The notes under the pieces are model-generated. The model had not been told where the DNA came from, did no database searches, and saw only the letters and a program-made list of their open reading frames with translations. A DNA stretch of 64,000 bases from Negaprion brevirostris (taxonomy: Eukaryota): the NCBI GenBank assembly GCA_030324005.1, contig JARDVH010000031.1:10966315-11030314 (forward strand), read 5' to 3'. Positions 11,955-25,156 of this stretch are shown in pieces. The number at the start of each line of letters is the position of its first letter. The stretch's first letter is position 1. Position numbers and translations under genes: made by a program.

Positions 11955-12428
11955 GTACAGGCGTGCTGCACTGTTGGAGGTGCAGTGGGATGAGATGTTA
12001 AACCAAGGTTCCAACTACCTGCGAGGGAGGATGTAAAACATTCCATGCACCATTTCAAATAAGAGTAGGGAAGTTATCCCTGGTGTCCTCACCAATATTT
12101 ATCCCTCAACCAACATCACAAAATAAAGATTATTTGGACAATGTCACATTGCTGTTAACAGAATCATAGAATCCCTACAGTACAGAAGCAGGCTATTCGG
12201 CCCATTGAGTCTGCACCGACCACAATCCCACCCAGGGTCTATCCCCATAATCCCACACATTTACTCTAGCTAGACCCATNNNNNNNNNNGTGTAGACTCC
12301 GTACAGACAGTTACCCAAGCCAGGAATCGAACCCGGATCCCTGGCGCTCTGAGGCAGCAGTGCCACAATAACAGACTGTCACTTTTCCTCATTGAATACA
12401 ATTCACAGGTACTTCATTGGCTATAAAG
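11955..12428 (+). mobile_element. DeuSINE-type SINE interrupted by HE1 and CR1; tail resumes near 13900-13950
   Basis: gtgctgcactgttggagg...ccaatatttatccctcaaccaacatcac core; tail aagcactatataaatgcaag after the CR1. Confidence 0.75.
12160..12366 (-). mobile_element. HE1-type V-SINE
   Basis: catagaatccctacagt tail; ggaatcgaacccgg is a reverse B box; taacaga flanks both sides. Confidence 0.85.
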
Positions 12429-13895
12429 AACACAAGAATTAGGAGCAGAAGTAATCCATTATTATTAATTCATTAGTCCTCCGAGTCTGCAACACCAGAT
12501 AAGATCGGTTGACCTGATTATGGCCTCAAATCGACTTACCTTTCTGCCACCTATAACCCTTCAATCCATTGTTGATCAAAAATCTATCTAACTTGGTCTT
12601 GAATATTTTCAATGACCCAGCCTCTACTGCTCTGAGGAAGAGAATTCCACAGGCTTACATCCTTCTGAGAAAATACATTTTCTTATCTCTCTTAAATGGG
12701 AAACCCCTAATTTTTAAATTGTGTCCCCCAGATCTAGACTGTCTCACAAAGGGAATCACCATCTTAACCCGCACCCTGTCAAGTCCCTCAGGATCTTATA
12801 CATTTCAAAAAAGTCACATCTCATTTTTCAAAACTCTATTTGGTACAGGCCCAACCTGCTCAACCTTTCCTTATAAGCTAAACCCTTCGTCACAGGAGCC
12901 AATAAGGTGAATCCCTTTGTACACTCTTTGGTTGGGATATTACCATTTTATTTCTAAGTGCCGGGTGGGTGTGGAACTGGGAGAGTTTCAGATGTGTTTT
13001 TTGGGCACATTTCCTGGCCCCCTCCCACACGCACTCTGGCTGCGTANNNNNNNNNNTGGGCGGGGCTTAACGCACCTGAAAGCCTGCAGAGGGAGGTAGT
13101 GCACATGTGCAGACCTTTGATGCTGCACATGCGCATTAACAGTAACAGGGGCCTGACAGACAAAGGAGAGCTGTCACACCCCTGCTGCTGCAGGCAGCCT
13201 GAAGCAGCCCCCCCCCCCCATTCCACTACAATCACGGGGGCCCATGGTCCAAGATGCAGCTGGCACCAAACCCCCACCCCACCTCCACCACTCAGACTGA
13301 TAGCGGATTCCCCCTCCCCCACCGATTACATCATGTGATCATAAAATACCGCCTTTTTTATCCACTTGACAACTTCCTTTCTTATCTATCCTTGTATCAC
13401 CAGCAAACTTTGCTATCGTACATTTTTCCCTTCATCAAAGTCATTGATATAGATAATAAATTGTTGAGGCCCAGAACTGATTCCCATGGCACTCCACCAC
13501 TTCCCAACAAGAAAATGATCCATTTATCCAACACTGTGCATCCTGTTAGCTAACCAATCCTCAATCCATGCTAATATGTTACCCCCATACCATGAGCTCT
13601 TATTTTGTGAAATAACCTTAGAGGTGGTACCTTACTGAATGCTGTTTGGAAATCCAAGTTTACCACATTTCCAAGTTCCCCTTTATCTACACTGCTTGTT
13701 ACTTCCTCAAAGAATTTTAATAATGAGTCAAACATGATTTCCCTTTCACAAAACCATGTCAACTGCCTGATTGTATTCTGATCTTCTAAAACTCTTGTTT
13801 TTATATCCTTAATAATGGATTCCAGCATTTTCTCAATGACAGATGATAGGCTAACTGGCCTATAGTTTCCTGTTTTTTATCCCTCCTTTCTGGAA
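12429..13895 (-). mobile_element. CR1/HER1 LINE, 5'-truncated and decayed, with GC-rich insert near 12940-13330
   Basis: ORF 13571-13828 LESIIKD...LLKFFEEVTSSVDKGE...LDFQTAFSKVP..RL..KIRAHG (CR1 RT); CR1 3' UTR tail at 12429. Confidence 0.9.
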
Positions 13896-14002
13896 CGGTA
13901 AAGATATCTGGTGATCTTGGAAAGCACTATATAAATGCAAGACTTTACTTCATTCACTGAAGCAGCCTGAAACGCTGAATTACATCAAAAATATTGCGTG
14001 AA

Positions 14003-14727
14003 AATTAAGCCACTTTGAGGGTGGATTGGCCGGTGGGAGTTGGAGGCAGAAAATTGAGTGCAATGCCTTGGGCACCATTCCCAGCATCTACCCATCCACC
14101 CCCACTGCTGCCTTTGCTGCAGTTTTACCTGGGATGGGGAGGCTTGCCTGCCTGCCTGTGGGTTAATTGAGGTCCTTAACTGGCCAGTTAATGGTCTCTT
14201 TAGTTGGTATTTAACCTGTGGCAGGTGAAAACCAGCACCCTTTCCTGGGTTGTGAAGCCCAACAGCTTTCACTGCTTAAGCTGGTGACAGTCCTGGAATG
14301 TGAACCTCCTTTATTGGCTGCATGGGTCCATTGGACAGTTCCCCTCTTTTCTTTCCCCTGCCCTCACATTTTCCCTCCTTCTTGTCCAAACCAGCTGGCC
14401 TCACCTTCCCCACTGGGGCTTGCCATCCGGGTCCCAGCAATACTGCCAGCACTAAACTTGCATCAGTTCCAATGANNNNNNNNNNNNNNNNNNNNNNNNN
14501 NNNNNNNNNNNNNNNNNCATTCCTAGTGTCACTGCTGGAACCAGAGAACCGCCAGCCATTAGCAGCTGTTGGTGGTCAGAGTTCCTGCCCAGATGGGGGC
14601 AGAAGTCTCGCCCCAAGACAAATAACAGCCTGACAACTGTTAAATAACATTGAGGGGGAGGGACCTTCACCTCCTGAGCATTCATGCTGAAGGTCGTAGA
14701 CCCCCGCCCAACTTAAAATTCCAGCCA
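14003..14727. mobile_element. Non-autonomous Harbinger-like element
   Basis: Ends aaaattccagcc; core aattgaggtccttaactggccagttaat shared with sister copies. Confidence 0.6.
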
Positions 14728-16405
14728 CTATTTAAATACAAGTAGCTGTCAAAGGTGGATCGAAACATTAAAATTAAAATAAACGGTAAAGAAAATGACT
14801 TGACTAAAGCTAAAATGGTGCAATCTGAGGCTCAGGAAAATAATTTTTGTATAACCATCATGCAATCGAGGATAGGCAAGAGGACAAATTGCACTCACAG
14901 AATGACATCGACTCCAATTTGTAAATAATCTATCTTACTGGAAGATTTGCAACATATATTTGTGGATCGAAAGTTTTTTTTTTAAATTGCCTGGAATATT
15001 CCTGGTCTTTTGTTTAACTGTCAGTTTTTCTTTCTGCTAAGGATGACAATTTTAAAACAATACTGTGGGCGCATTTAACATTGAATATAACTGATGTTGT
15101 CAGTGCCTGGGGCAAAACGCAATGTCAAATTAATAGTTTGAGTCTCTTTTTTCTTTTCAAAGAGTGAACTATGGAAATACAGCTTTGCGCAAGGACATTT
15201 ACAGCCCACAGTTCTATTAATATGGTTATATTAAAGTATGCAAGCTGTTTAAAATAATCATTCTGTTTCCACTGGAACTCTTATTAGATCTTGTAATGGA
15301 ATAGCAACAGTATTGGCACAGCAATCTTTTTAAATAGCTTGTTTTCTTGGATTTGGCTATATTAATACAACTCTTAGTGTGTTAAATGTCCTTAGATAAC
15401 AGAGTGTCACTTTTTTTTTGCATTCAGCCTTTAATTGCACAGGCAGATGTCAAAACAGATGACATTTCTACATTTATTGTACGCCACTAAGAAAAGCTGT
15501 AATAATTTGGTTCCACCCTTTGTCAATCATAAATAACAAAATATGGTCTTGAAAACCTTTAGTGGCACTTATACTCAAGTATGCAAGTTATTATAAGTAT
15601 CACAATGAAGCATCCTGTTAAATGGCTCAAATGCTTCATGCAGAATTTCTTTGAGGATATTTGTTCACATTTTGCAAACCTTGGTCACACCTTAATTTAT
15701 TTTTGTACAAATTATTTCAATGTAATATAATGAACATGTAATATAAAGTAAGGCATCTCACACTTTTAATAAACTCTGCCATAAATAAAAAGATATTCCC
15801 ATGCTGTATGTGTTAATGGTTTTAGTATTATTGTTAACTTGGATTGGAATGCACAGAAATACAATCTAACATGTCACTCAGACCGATCAGTCCATACTTG
15901 TGTTTATCCTTCACACTAGCACGTGCACACTCTGTCCCTGCATCCCTTTCCTCCCCTTTCCTTCAACTACCAAATTTATTCTCGAATGTTGACAGAATGA
16001 TTAATGGCTTCTTTTAACTGGATGCGTTTCTCACAACTTTTGGATGTCGAGCATGAAATCACGATAGGAAAATTTCAGGAAACCCGTATCTCATTTAACA
16101 GCTCTCTTACATTTAACTACACTTATCAAACTTAAATACCTTAAATGCTCTACTTAACTATATTTCAATCATTTCATTGCATAAAAATGTGGAGTAAACC
16201 ACACTACACCTGTCGTATTGAGACATTGAAAAAATGGTCTCATTGACATGTTGGTGTGTAGTAATATAGACCATTGATTTATTAATGTATTTGTGACTGT
16301 AAAGATCTTTTCAGAACAAGAAGTGAGAGTGTGACTGCACCCTGAGTATATGAATGCTACAATGCAGGCAAGCATAATCCATTAGATGTACTTGAAATGA
16401 ATAGA

Positions 16406-16566
16406 GTAGATTTTGATTTTGAATGATAATGTAAAACAGATGTTAGTGAATCGACAGCCCATGTTACATTTCTCCTGACTTCAGTGGAAATAAAAACCAG
16501 GAGAGTTCTGAAACAGGATGTTGATTTGCTAATGCCTGTCTTGCACTATCACACAACAAATTCTAC
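16406..16566. repeat. Imperfect palindromic (hairpin) element, probably an old MITE
   Basis: gtagattttg...tgataatgtaaaacag...tctcctg versus caggaga...ctgtcttgcactatca...aaattctac; half copy at 56030-56110. Confidence 0.7.
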
Positions 16567-17010
16567 AGATTGTTGGGCTGTCCTAGGTTGATAAATAAAA
16601 GAGACAGTGCAGTTTTAATGGGTGAATTGTCTCCTTTTGTGCTACAGTATTCTCTGATTGGTGGTTGCATGAAAGCTCAGAAGGAAAGGACACTGTACCT
16701 CACTAGCCCTAACTTTGTCCTGTCCACCACAAGCGATAATGACAGTAAATAGCAGCGTTGAAGTGAATGGCAATGTTACAGAAATTGAAATCTGAATAAT
16801 TCTTTGGAGGGTGTACATAATTAATGTTGAATATTCAAAAAGCCAGATGTTTGAACTATATTTTAGATCAAATGTTTGTTTGAAAAATTAAAATGCATTT
16901 TTAAAAGGATTGGAAGTAAGCATTTTGAATATTATAAGCCATCCCTGTAAAGCTCCTTTGACAACAATTTAAAGGAAAGATCAACCGATTTACTTTAAAT
17001 AGATTATTAC

Positions 17011-20000
17011 TGTAGAAGTGTTGGGTCCCAATGACTGGTAACCAAGTACTTATAACAATAATAGTTTACTAAATATTCTGAGCAGCTCGTGCGTACTCTA
17101 ACTCTGCCTGCATCCTGACGTGTGAGCCTTTAAGTAGCAGGTTCATCATGGCACCCACATGACCACTTAGTCTACACTTTCCCCATGAAGTTGGGGCATC
17201 TGATGATACTGAGATGTAATGATGTGCACAAATAGTCAGTGGGTGCAAACTATTTTACAACATACAAATTGAACATAGCCATTTACATTGTGTGAAACAT
17301 GGATGTGGCAGCTGCAACTGGTGCATAGCCCATCGCGTCTCCTCCCACCAACTTGGTTGTTTAAAAACAACAGCCAGTCGTAGATTATTACATTGTCCTG
17401 GAGCATTGTATTTGGTTTAGTCATAACCCTGAGCGTGTGATTGTGCTGGTTGGCTATGCTGGGGCTGCTCTTGGGCTGGTGTCCTCAGTGTGGGTGACAG
17501 ACATTCTTTGGTGTACCCAGTGGCTGTAGGGCCTGCTGCCAAGGCCTCTGGAGGAGCCTCCATTTCCACTGGTGGAGGTGGCTCCGATTGTAAACTAGAG
17601 GGCTGGAGTATTCTGGTGGTTGCTGGTGCTGATTCCGAAACCTGAAGTAGGTGACACCAGTTTCAGACATAGTAGGCACCATCCGAGGCCACCACATTGC
17701 TATTTGACTGTGGGACATGGCTATGTACCACTGCCAATTTGTCATGGCTAAATGTGATCTGGATCTGGATTGCATGTACAGGGCATCCTTGAGATCCTAG
17801 ATTCTATGAGAGGAAAGTACCTCTACAGTTATTATGTTGATGTCCTGCACCGGATTTGTCTGGTCTGTGATAGATATCAGCCACATTTATAGACAACACT
17901 GAGGTTGTAAGGTTGTAGCTGCAGCCATGCAGATACAATACAAAGAGGCTTTCTTAGTTATGTGTAGCTAATGATCAGTTTCAACACTTGCAGACCGACA
18001 CTACATGAAATTTCGGACAGGCAAAAACTAGAACAAGGAGTCCCTTTTCAGTCTGAGCAAAACGAGTCTCAGTGTCAGTGAGGGCCCTTGAAGCTGTTGT
18101 CTGCCATTCTGGATGCAGACTGTGCAAAGTCTCTGTTGGGAGGCACCTGCTGATGGAAGTACGGGTGCTCAAATGTAAAAGTATTGTAGCACCGGCCGGG
18201 CTGAGAATATCTGTTTGAATGTGTTGGAGACAACAGATTGGTGCTCCTGCCAACACTAGTCCGGTGGAGGACCTGACGAAGAGGTCCAGTGACCTCACTG
18301 TAGCAAAGAGTGAAAGGTAATTCATCATACCAAGGAAAGTCTCCAAGCGTGCTTATTCTCAGGAATGGACATCTGACGCATAGCTGCTGTCTTGTCTGGA
18401 TTTGGCTTCACACCATCAGTTGTGAATAAGTGACCCATGTAGGGAACCTGGTTGACCCTGAATCTGCACTTAGCAGGGTTGAGCTTTAACTGTGTGGTCC
18501 TAATTCTCATGAGGACTAGACAAAGGTGAGATCATGTTCTTGTATGACCCCAAACCAGATATCATTGGCAATGATTTCACCTGGTTGGCTTGTAAAGAGT
18601 TTCTCCAAGCACTATTGGAATACCTCACTGCCAGTGGAGATCCCAGAGAACGTGGAGAATGTAGGCATGAGCATAGTGAATTTGGAGATTCGTCATCGAG
18701 CAGGATTTGCCAGAACCTGCATTTCGCATTTTGCTGAAAACCTTGGCATTGGACGTATCAGCCATTACCCGTTCAATTGTCTTCATAAGGTGATGAGGTC
18801 TGAGCAGAGTCTTGTTTAAATGGACTGGGTCACTGTGAATCCTAACTATGCCATCTTTCTTTATTGCAGTCACCATTGCCAAAACCCACCCTGTGGCCTC
18901 GTCCATGGGAGTGTCATCATCCAATGCAGCTCATTGACTTTCTGCTTTCTGCTTCATAGCTAAGGTTACTCCTCTCACAACACAGGCTGTTTGTGGTACC
19001 TCATGTGGTATATTATAGGTAGCTTACCAATGATGTCACTATTGAATAGGTCCTTGTAATCTGTCACTTCTGAGGCCTGGTGCTGCAGAGTGTTTGTACC
19101 TGGATCAAGGTGGATGAGCCGCACAGTATGATGCCGTTCCGAAGACTCAACTGTGGCCTTATATTCAGGTGAAACTTGAAATTGCCCTGCATAACGAAGA
19201 GTAGCCACACCTTCTGTGTGGATGGTTTGTCCGCCATAGGCCACGAGGTCTGCTTGGGTATTAGGGTCTGATGCTGCATATGGATCTAGTTTCCACAGCA
19301 TTTGCCTGGACAGTTGAATTTTACTCCAGTGCCAATTTTTACCTTCAGTTTTACATTAATGCAAGCATTGTTCAAAGTGGTGAACCATAGAATCTCTGAA
19401 GTACGTAAGGAGGCCATTCAACCTATCAAGTCTGCAATGCCTTTTCGAAAGAATCTTACTCAGGCCCACTCCCGCATCCTATCCTGTAATCCCACACATT
19501 TCCCATGGCCAATCCACCTAACATCTTTGGAGTGTGGAAAAAAACCAGAGCACCCAGAGGAAAACCACACAGACATGGGGAGAATGCGCAATCTCCACAC
19601 AGACAGTCACCCAAGGCTAGAATTGAACCCAGGTCCCTAGCACTACGAGGCAGTAGTTCTAACCACGGTGCCACCATGCCACCCTAAAAGACCTCACTCT
19701 TCTCTGTGACAGTTAAGCCTTGTTGGAGGCTCTTATTAAGCTCCAGTTCATTTTGCTCATTCGTGCTCCGAACGTTGGAGGATTGACTGGCTACAATATG
19801 GTTGGCGACATAGGAAATCTGCAACATTTCACTTGGCACATTTATTGCAATGTTTACCAAACATCAACCTTCTGTTCCAAAGGTGTTGGCAATTGAATTT
19901 GGGCAGTGCCCTCTCCCACCAAAACCTCTGTTTGCCACCATAAACACCTTGCTGCTTTTTTTCTGACTGCTCTTTCAGCATTACAGATGCTGATGGTAGA

Positions 20001-20650
20001 TTAAAATGTTTGATCTTTCTCACTAAGCAGCTATTTTCAGACAAGATCACTTTGAACCCCGCATACCATGAGATCCCTGACTAGGTCATCAGTAAGGGTG
20101 CCAAATGCACATGTTTTTGTGAAGGTTTTTAGAGTTGCAGTGTATGACTGTATTGATTTATCAGATCTTTGGTTGGTAGGGTTTATTGAGTATTATGTTC
20201 TACACTGGAAAGCAAATGTTCTCTAACTTTTTTAACAGTTTCTCAGAGTCCACTTTCTCCTCCATTAAGAGAACAAAAGATTCAAACTTCTCCTGAGAAT
20301 CGCTAAATTTAGTAAAGTGTATTCCAGTACCTTCTTTGGTTTGTCCATTAAACTGGCACTACAGTAGCTGTGCCACTCTTTTTCAAACTTTGCCCAGTTG
20401 CCTGCAGTGTTTTCATTGAATGTGAGTGGGTCATGTGGCAAAGCCCTTGTGCCATTCTGCCAAATGCTGGCACTGTGTGGAAGTGCTGGGTTCCAAAGAG
20501 TGATGACGAAGGATTTGTAATAAGAACAGATTATTCAATAGTCTAAGCAACTCTTACATGCTGCAGCTCTGCCCACATTCCGGGGAGAACTCCCATGCTC
20601 CTGACACATGACCGTGGCATCACTGCATCCATGTGACCATTCAGTCCCTA
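17011..20650 (-). mobile_element. Decayed Gypsy (Ty3/Metaviridae) provirus with both LTRs
   Basis: TSD ATTAC at 17006-17010 and 20651-20655; LTRs 17011-17176 (TGTAGA...TCTACA) and 20476-20650; PPT GGGGAAAG; gag (PLTFNENTAGNWAKFEKEW; FGKHCNKCAK knuckle), protease (KIGTG), RT (WVLAMVTAIKKDGIVRIHSDPVHLNK; LKLNPAKCRFRVNQVPYMGH), RNase H (ASRALTDTETRFAQTEKGLL). Confidence 0.92.
19385..19684 (-). mobile_element. HE1-type V-SINE nested in the Gypsy element
   Basis: tRNA-like head GGGTGGCATGGTGGCACCGTGG, V-domain tgtgtggagattgcgcattctccc, CR1-like tail. Confidence 0.9.
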
Positions 20651-21139
20651 ATTACCATCGATGGATAGAGGGAAACAAATTTCTACCAACATGAGAAGTG
20701 TTTGCATTTTAATATTTAAGTAGGCTAATTCTGAGGTCTTGCCATTTTGATGTTTTCCAAGTTTAGATTTATTTGATAATTGCAAAGCCTTTGAAAACTG
20801 GAAACTGGCTTTACTTCATTTAGGAGACCAGGGTTTTAGAAGTCGCAGGAACAGGTGTAACATTTAATTAACTTCAGCGGCTTGAGACCTGTGCAGTCTT
20901 AAATTAGACAATCGTATTCATTCCTAATTAAACTTCCTTTCAGAAAATCACTGAGGCACACTCACACAAATTGAATTGTGCGAAAATAATAAACAGCAAA
21001 CTTTCAGCCTGCTACCAGCAAATTATTTCCCTGACATTTTAGATCAAAGTATGCTATTAATTACACTGCATGAGGTGTGCTGCTGCAAAGATTTCTTGCG
21101 CTGCTTATATATGCGGGAGGAGAGAGGAGAAAGAGACTG

Positions 21140-21415
21140 AGCTTTGGTGGTGTCGTCTCCTCGGTCAGATGTAAACCAAGGCCCGTCTGTCCTTTCAGAA
21201 GGATGTAAAATCTATGGTCCTGTTTTGAAGTGGAGCAAGGTAATTCTTCTGATGTCCAGGCCAATATTTATCCCTCAACCAGCAACACTCAAAGAGATTA
21301 TCTGACCACTATCACATTGTGCACATCAAATTCTCATAAACAACAATCTGTGGCCATACAACACTGACTGTAATTTGAAAGCACTTCCTTGGCTATAAAG
21401 CGATTTGGAAGTTAG
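21140..21415 (+). mobile_element. DeuSINE-type SINE, 5'-truncated
   Basis: ggccaatatttatccctcaacc...gattatctgacc core; gcacttccttggctataaagcg tail. Confidence 0.75.
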
Positions 21416-21599
21416 CAGGATTTTTTTCAGTTTAGCTCTATACTCTCTTTGGACATCTTTTTCTTTGAGGTGACTCTGGAGCTGTATATTCCTGAGGTAT
21501 GATAACTCATTTTTATCTGACTAACTTAATGTTAACATTATAACCTTTTTTATTTGGGAACTCTCCAGTGAATCCAGCTCATGCTGACAGGAAAGGTCC

Positions 21600-22625
21600 A
21601 TAGAATAGAATAGTAGATATTATAGCACAGAAACAGACCATTTGCCCATGATAGCATTCTGATGAGCAATTTTAGCTGGCCCCACTTCCATCCTTACCCA
21701 TTTCCCAATGGTTTTCCAATTCCCTTTTGAAAACCATGGTTGAATTTGCACCAACATCTTTTCAGGCAGTGCATTTTAGATCATAACCACTCAAGCATCA
21801 ATGTTTTTCCTCTTGTTACCTTTGGCTCTTTCACCAATTAGCTTAAATTGTATTGCCTAGTTCTTGACATTTCTACCAAGGCAACAATTTCTCTTTATCT
21901 ACTCTAGATGATAGACTCCTCATGATGTGGTGCCAATTAAGAAGACTCTTTGGCTTGGATGGTGTCGAGCCATCGTGAATGTTGTTAGAACTGCATTAAC
22001 CCAGGCAAAAGACGAGATTCCATCACACTGCTTACCTGTGCCTCACCATCCTCCTCACAGTTCACCACACTTCCAAATTTTGTGTCATTTGCAAATTTAG
22101 AATTTTTTTCCTGGACACCCGAGTCATGAATGGATATCAAAAAAATCTCTGTCCCAGGACTGACCCATGGAGAATATAACTGCTGTTTTTAATACTCACT
22201 TTTGGGATGTGAGTTTCATTGGCTAGGCCAGCATTTGTTGCCCAAACCTAATTGCCTTTGAAAGGTGGTGGTGAGCTGCCTTCTTGATTCTCAAATGTCT
22301 ACGTGGTGTATGTACACCCAGTGATATTGGTGAAGGAATACTAGGATTCTGACCTGGCTACAGTGAAGGAATGCAACATATTTTGAGATCAGAATGATGT
22401 GTGACTGAGAGGGGAACTTGCAGCTGATTGTCTTCCAATGTACCGACACTTGTGTGCCTAGGTAGTACAGGTTACAACATGTCATAAGCACACCTTCTCT
22501 GCTCCTTTTGCCATTTATCAGTCCTAACCTGAATGCTGTCCAAGTCTTCTATGGACACAGATTGCTTCAGTACCTGAGGTGCTGCGAACAATACTGAACA
22601 TTGTGTAATCATCAGTGAGCATTGA
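21600..22625 (-). mobile_element. Cluster of CR1-clade LINE fragments (two families)
   Basis: CR1 3' UTR tail at 21600; tttgtgtcatttgcaaattt (reverse KFANDTK) near 22080; second family 22195-22625 matches 36630-37130. Confidence 0.75.
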
Positions 22626-23089
22626 TTGACCACTTGTTCTCTGAAATAAGGAGCCTTGTTCTGATCCCCAGAAAAGAGTGAATTTGAACCTCGTGAGAAA
22701 TTAAAATCTTTTAGTTGTCAAATTCAACTCCAAGCCAGCTCAAGCTCATACACTTTCAGTTTTAACAGAGGCAGAAGAAGGGGCAGTTAACCAAGCTGCT
22801 TTAAGGAGGCTGTCAGTCAATGAAAACTGTAAGGAAACTTCACCCTCTATTTTTGCAATCTTTTAAATTCTAACTCATATCAGTCAAGGGGCAGACCATC
22901 CATGACTGCCGGCTCTCTCAGTGACCACTCTCTTCTCCCTGGCTAATCTCTCCCCACGATTATCATCTCATCCCTTCAAGTCCTCCCCCGACCACCATCT
23001 CTCCAATGACCCCCATCTTCACCCCCACAGTTCCTCCCGAAACAGCCATCTCTACCCCCAAACTCCTCTCTCTCTAAGCACACATCGCG

Positions 23090-24240
23090 ACCCCCACAAT
23101 TCCCTCAAACCCCCATCTCCACCCCACAATCCCCAAAATCCCCATCTCCACCCCCACAATCCGCACCAAACCCCCATCTCCAACCCCACAATCCCCCCAA
23201 ACCCCTATCTCCACCCCCACAATCCCCACCAAACCCCCATCTCCACTCCCTCAATCCCCACCAAACCACCATCTCCAACCCCACAATCCCCCCAAATCCC
23301 CATCTGCACCCTAACAATTCCCCCAAACCCCCATNNNNNNNNNNNNNNNNNNNNNNNNNNNNNNNNNNNNNNNNNNNNNNNNNNNNNNNNNNNNNNNNNN
23401 NNNNNNNNNNNNNNNNNNNNNNNNNNNNNNNNNNNNNNNNNNNNNNNNNNNNNNNNNNNNNNNNNNNNNNNNNNNNNNNNNNNNNNNNNNNNNNNNNNNN
23501 NNNNNNNNNNNNNNNNNNNNNNNNNNNNNNNNNNNNNNNNNNNNNNNNNNNNNNNNNNNNNNNNNNNNNNNNNNNNNNNNNNNNNNNNNNNNNNNNNNNN
23601 NNNNNNNNNNNNNNNNNNNNNNNNNNNNNNNNNNNNNNNNNNNNNNNNNNNNNNNNNNNNNNNNNNNNNNNNNNNNNNNNNNNNNNNNNNNNNNNNNNNN
23701 NNNNNNNNNNNNNNNNNNNNNNNNNNNNNNNNNNNNNNNNNNNNNNNNNNNNNNNNNNNNNNNNNNNNNNNNNNNNNNNNNNNNNNNNNNNNNNNNNNNN
23801 NNNNNNNNNNNNNNNNNNNNNNNNNNNNNNNNNNNNNNNNNNNNNNNNNNNNNNNNNNNNNNNNNNNNNNNNNNNNNNNNNNNNNNNNNNNNNNNNNNNN
23901 NNNNNNNNNNNNNNNNNNNNNNNNNNNNNNNNNNNNNNNNNNNNNNNNNNNNNNNNNNNNNNNNNNNNNNNNNNNNNNNNNNNNNNNNNNNNNNNNNNNN
24001 NNNNNNNNNNNNNNNNNNNNNNNNNNNNNNNNNNNNNNNNNNNNNNNNNNNNNNNNNNNNNNNNNNNNNNNNNNNNNNNNNNNNNNNNNNNNNNNNNNNN
24101 NNNNNNNNNNNNNNNNNNNNNNNNNNNNNNNNNNNNNNNNNNNNNNNNNNNNNNNNCAAATTCCCATCTCCACCTCCACAATCCCCCCAAACCTCCGTCT
24201 CCACCCCCACAATCTGCCCCACCAAATCGGCATTTCCACC
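23090..24240. repeat. C-rich minisatellite, unit about 30-31 bp (ccccatctccacccccacaatcccccaaa), spanning an N gap
   Basis: About 8 copies before and 2-3 after the gap 23335-24156. Confidence 0.9.
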
Positions 24241-24469
24241 ATCACATTCTGTCCCCCAATACCTAATCCCTCTGCTAACCACCTATGTCCACTCCCCCGG
24301 CATTCTCTTCCCATGGAGCCCATCTCCAACTCTCTGTCAACACTTCTCCTGCAACCCAGCAATGAGTTTGGATGCTGGATGGGAAGCTTGGAAACAAATT
24401 AAAAGGCATCCTTGCTCTGTGAGTACTGGGACCAATGTGTCCGCTGAGTAGTTTTCAATTTACTCCCCT

Positions 24470-25060
24470 TCAAATGTAAGCTGCATCCTTTGGTTCTGAA
24501 TTAACTGCAAGGGCATATTATACATTATCTAATCCATTTAGACACCTAAAAACAGCAATCATATCACCTCTCAACCTCTCTTTGCCAGTGATAACATGTC
24601 CAATTTACATAATTGCTCCTAATAATCCAATTCGTCCACCCCCTCAATCATCTTGTCTATCCTTTCAATAGCTGCCGTATCCTTTCAGTTCTGAGGTGAT
24701 CAGAGCTCCATGCAGAATTCTAAGTACAGTCGCGCCAATGGTTTTTGAAGTAGAAAAATTATCTCACTATCTTGACTCAATAGTGACCTTTAAATATATT
24801 TCAATATCTGGTTTGCTTTGCACACTGCCACTAAGTGTTTTTGCAATAGCTTCAATTTACTGTCAAACAGGATTCTTTCATTTTCCATGCTCATTAATTT
24901 CTTTCCAATTTAAATTTGTCCCTATGTGAAGCATTTTACATTCCTTCACATTGCACTTCATTTGCCACCACATCTTCCTGTGTCTTTTCTAGTTCTGCTT
25001 TAAAATCTACCACCTTTATCAGCTTTGTATCATCTGTAAATTTAGTCCCTGTGCTGATGA
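24470..25060 (-). mobile_element. Old CR1 LINE fragments
   Basis: Minus-strand KFTDDTKL motif near 25020-25045 and a CR1-like 3' region. Confidence 0.6.
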
Positions 25061-25156
25061 TGTAGATCTGTACTGTAGTTTCACTACCCCCCTCCAAAGA
25101 CTTTGGCTTCCCTTCACGACTTCTTCCCACTTTTTCAGCTTCACCAGGAAATAGTG

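Noticed and set aside
22921-24402. Long ORFs (493, 385, 361, 323 aa) and similar X-rich ORFs near 25.2-26.0, 29.7-30.3, 32.2-32.7 and 46.0-46.5 kb
   Set aside because: Artefacts of reading through N gaps and low-complexity repeats
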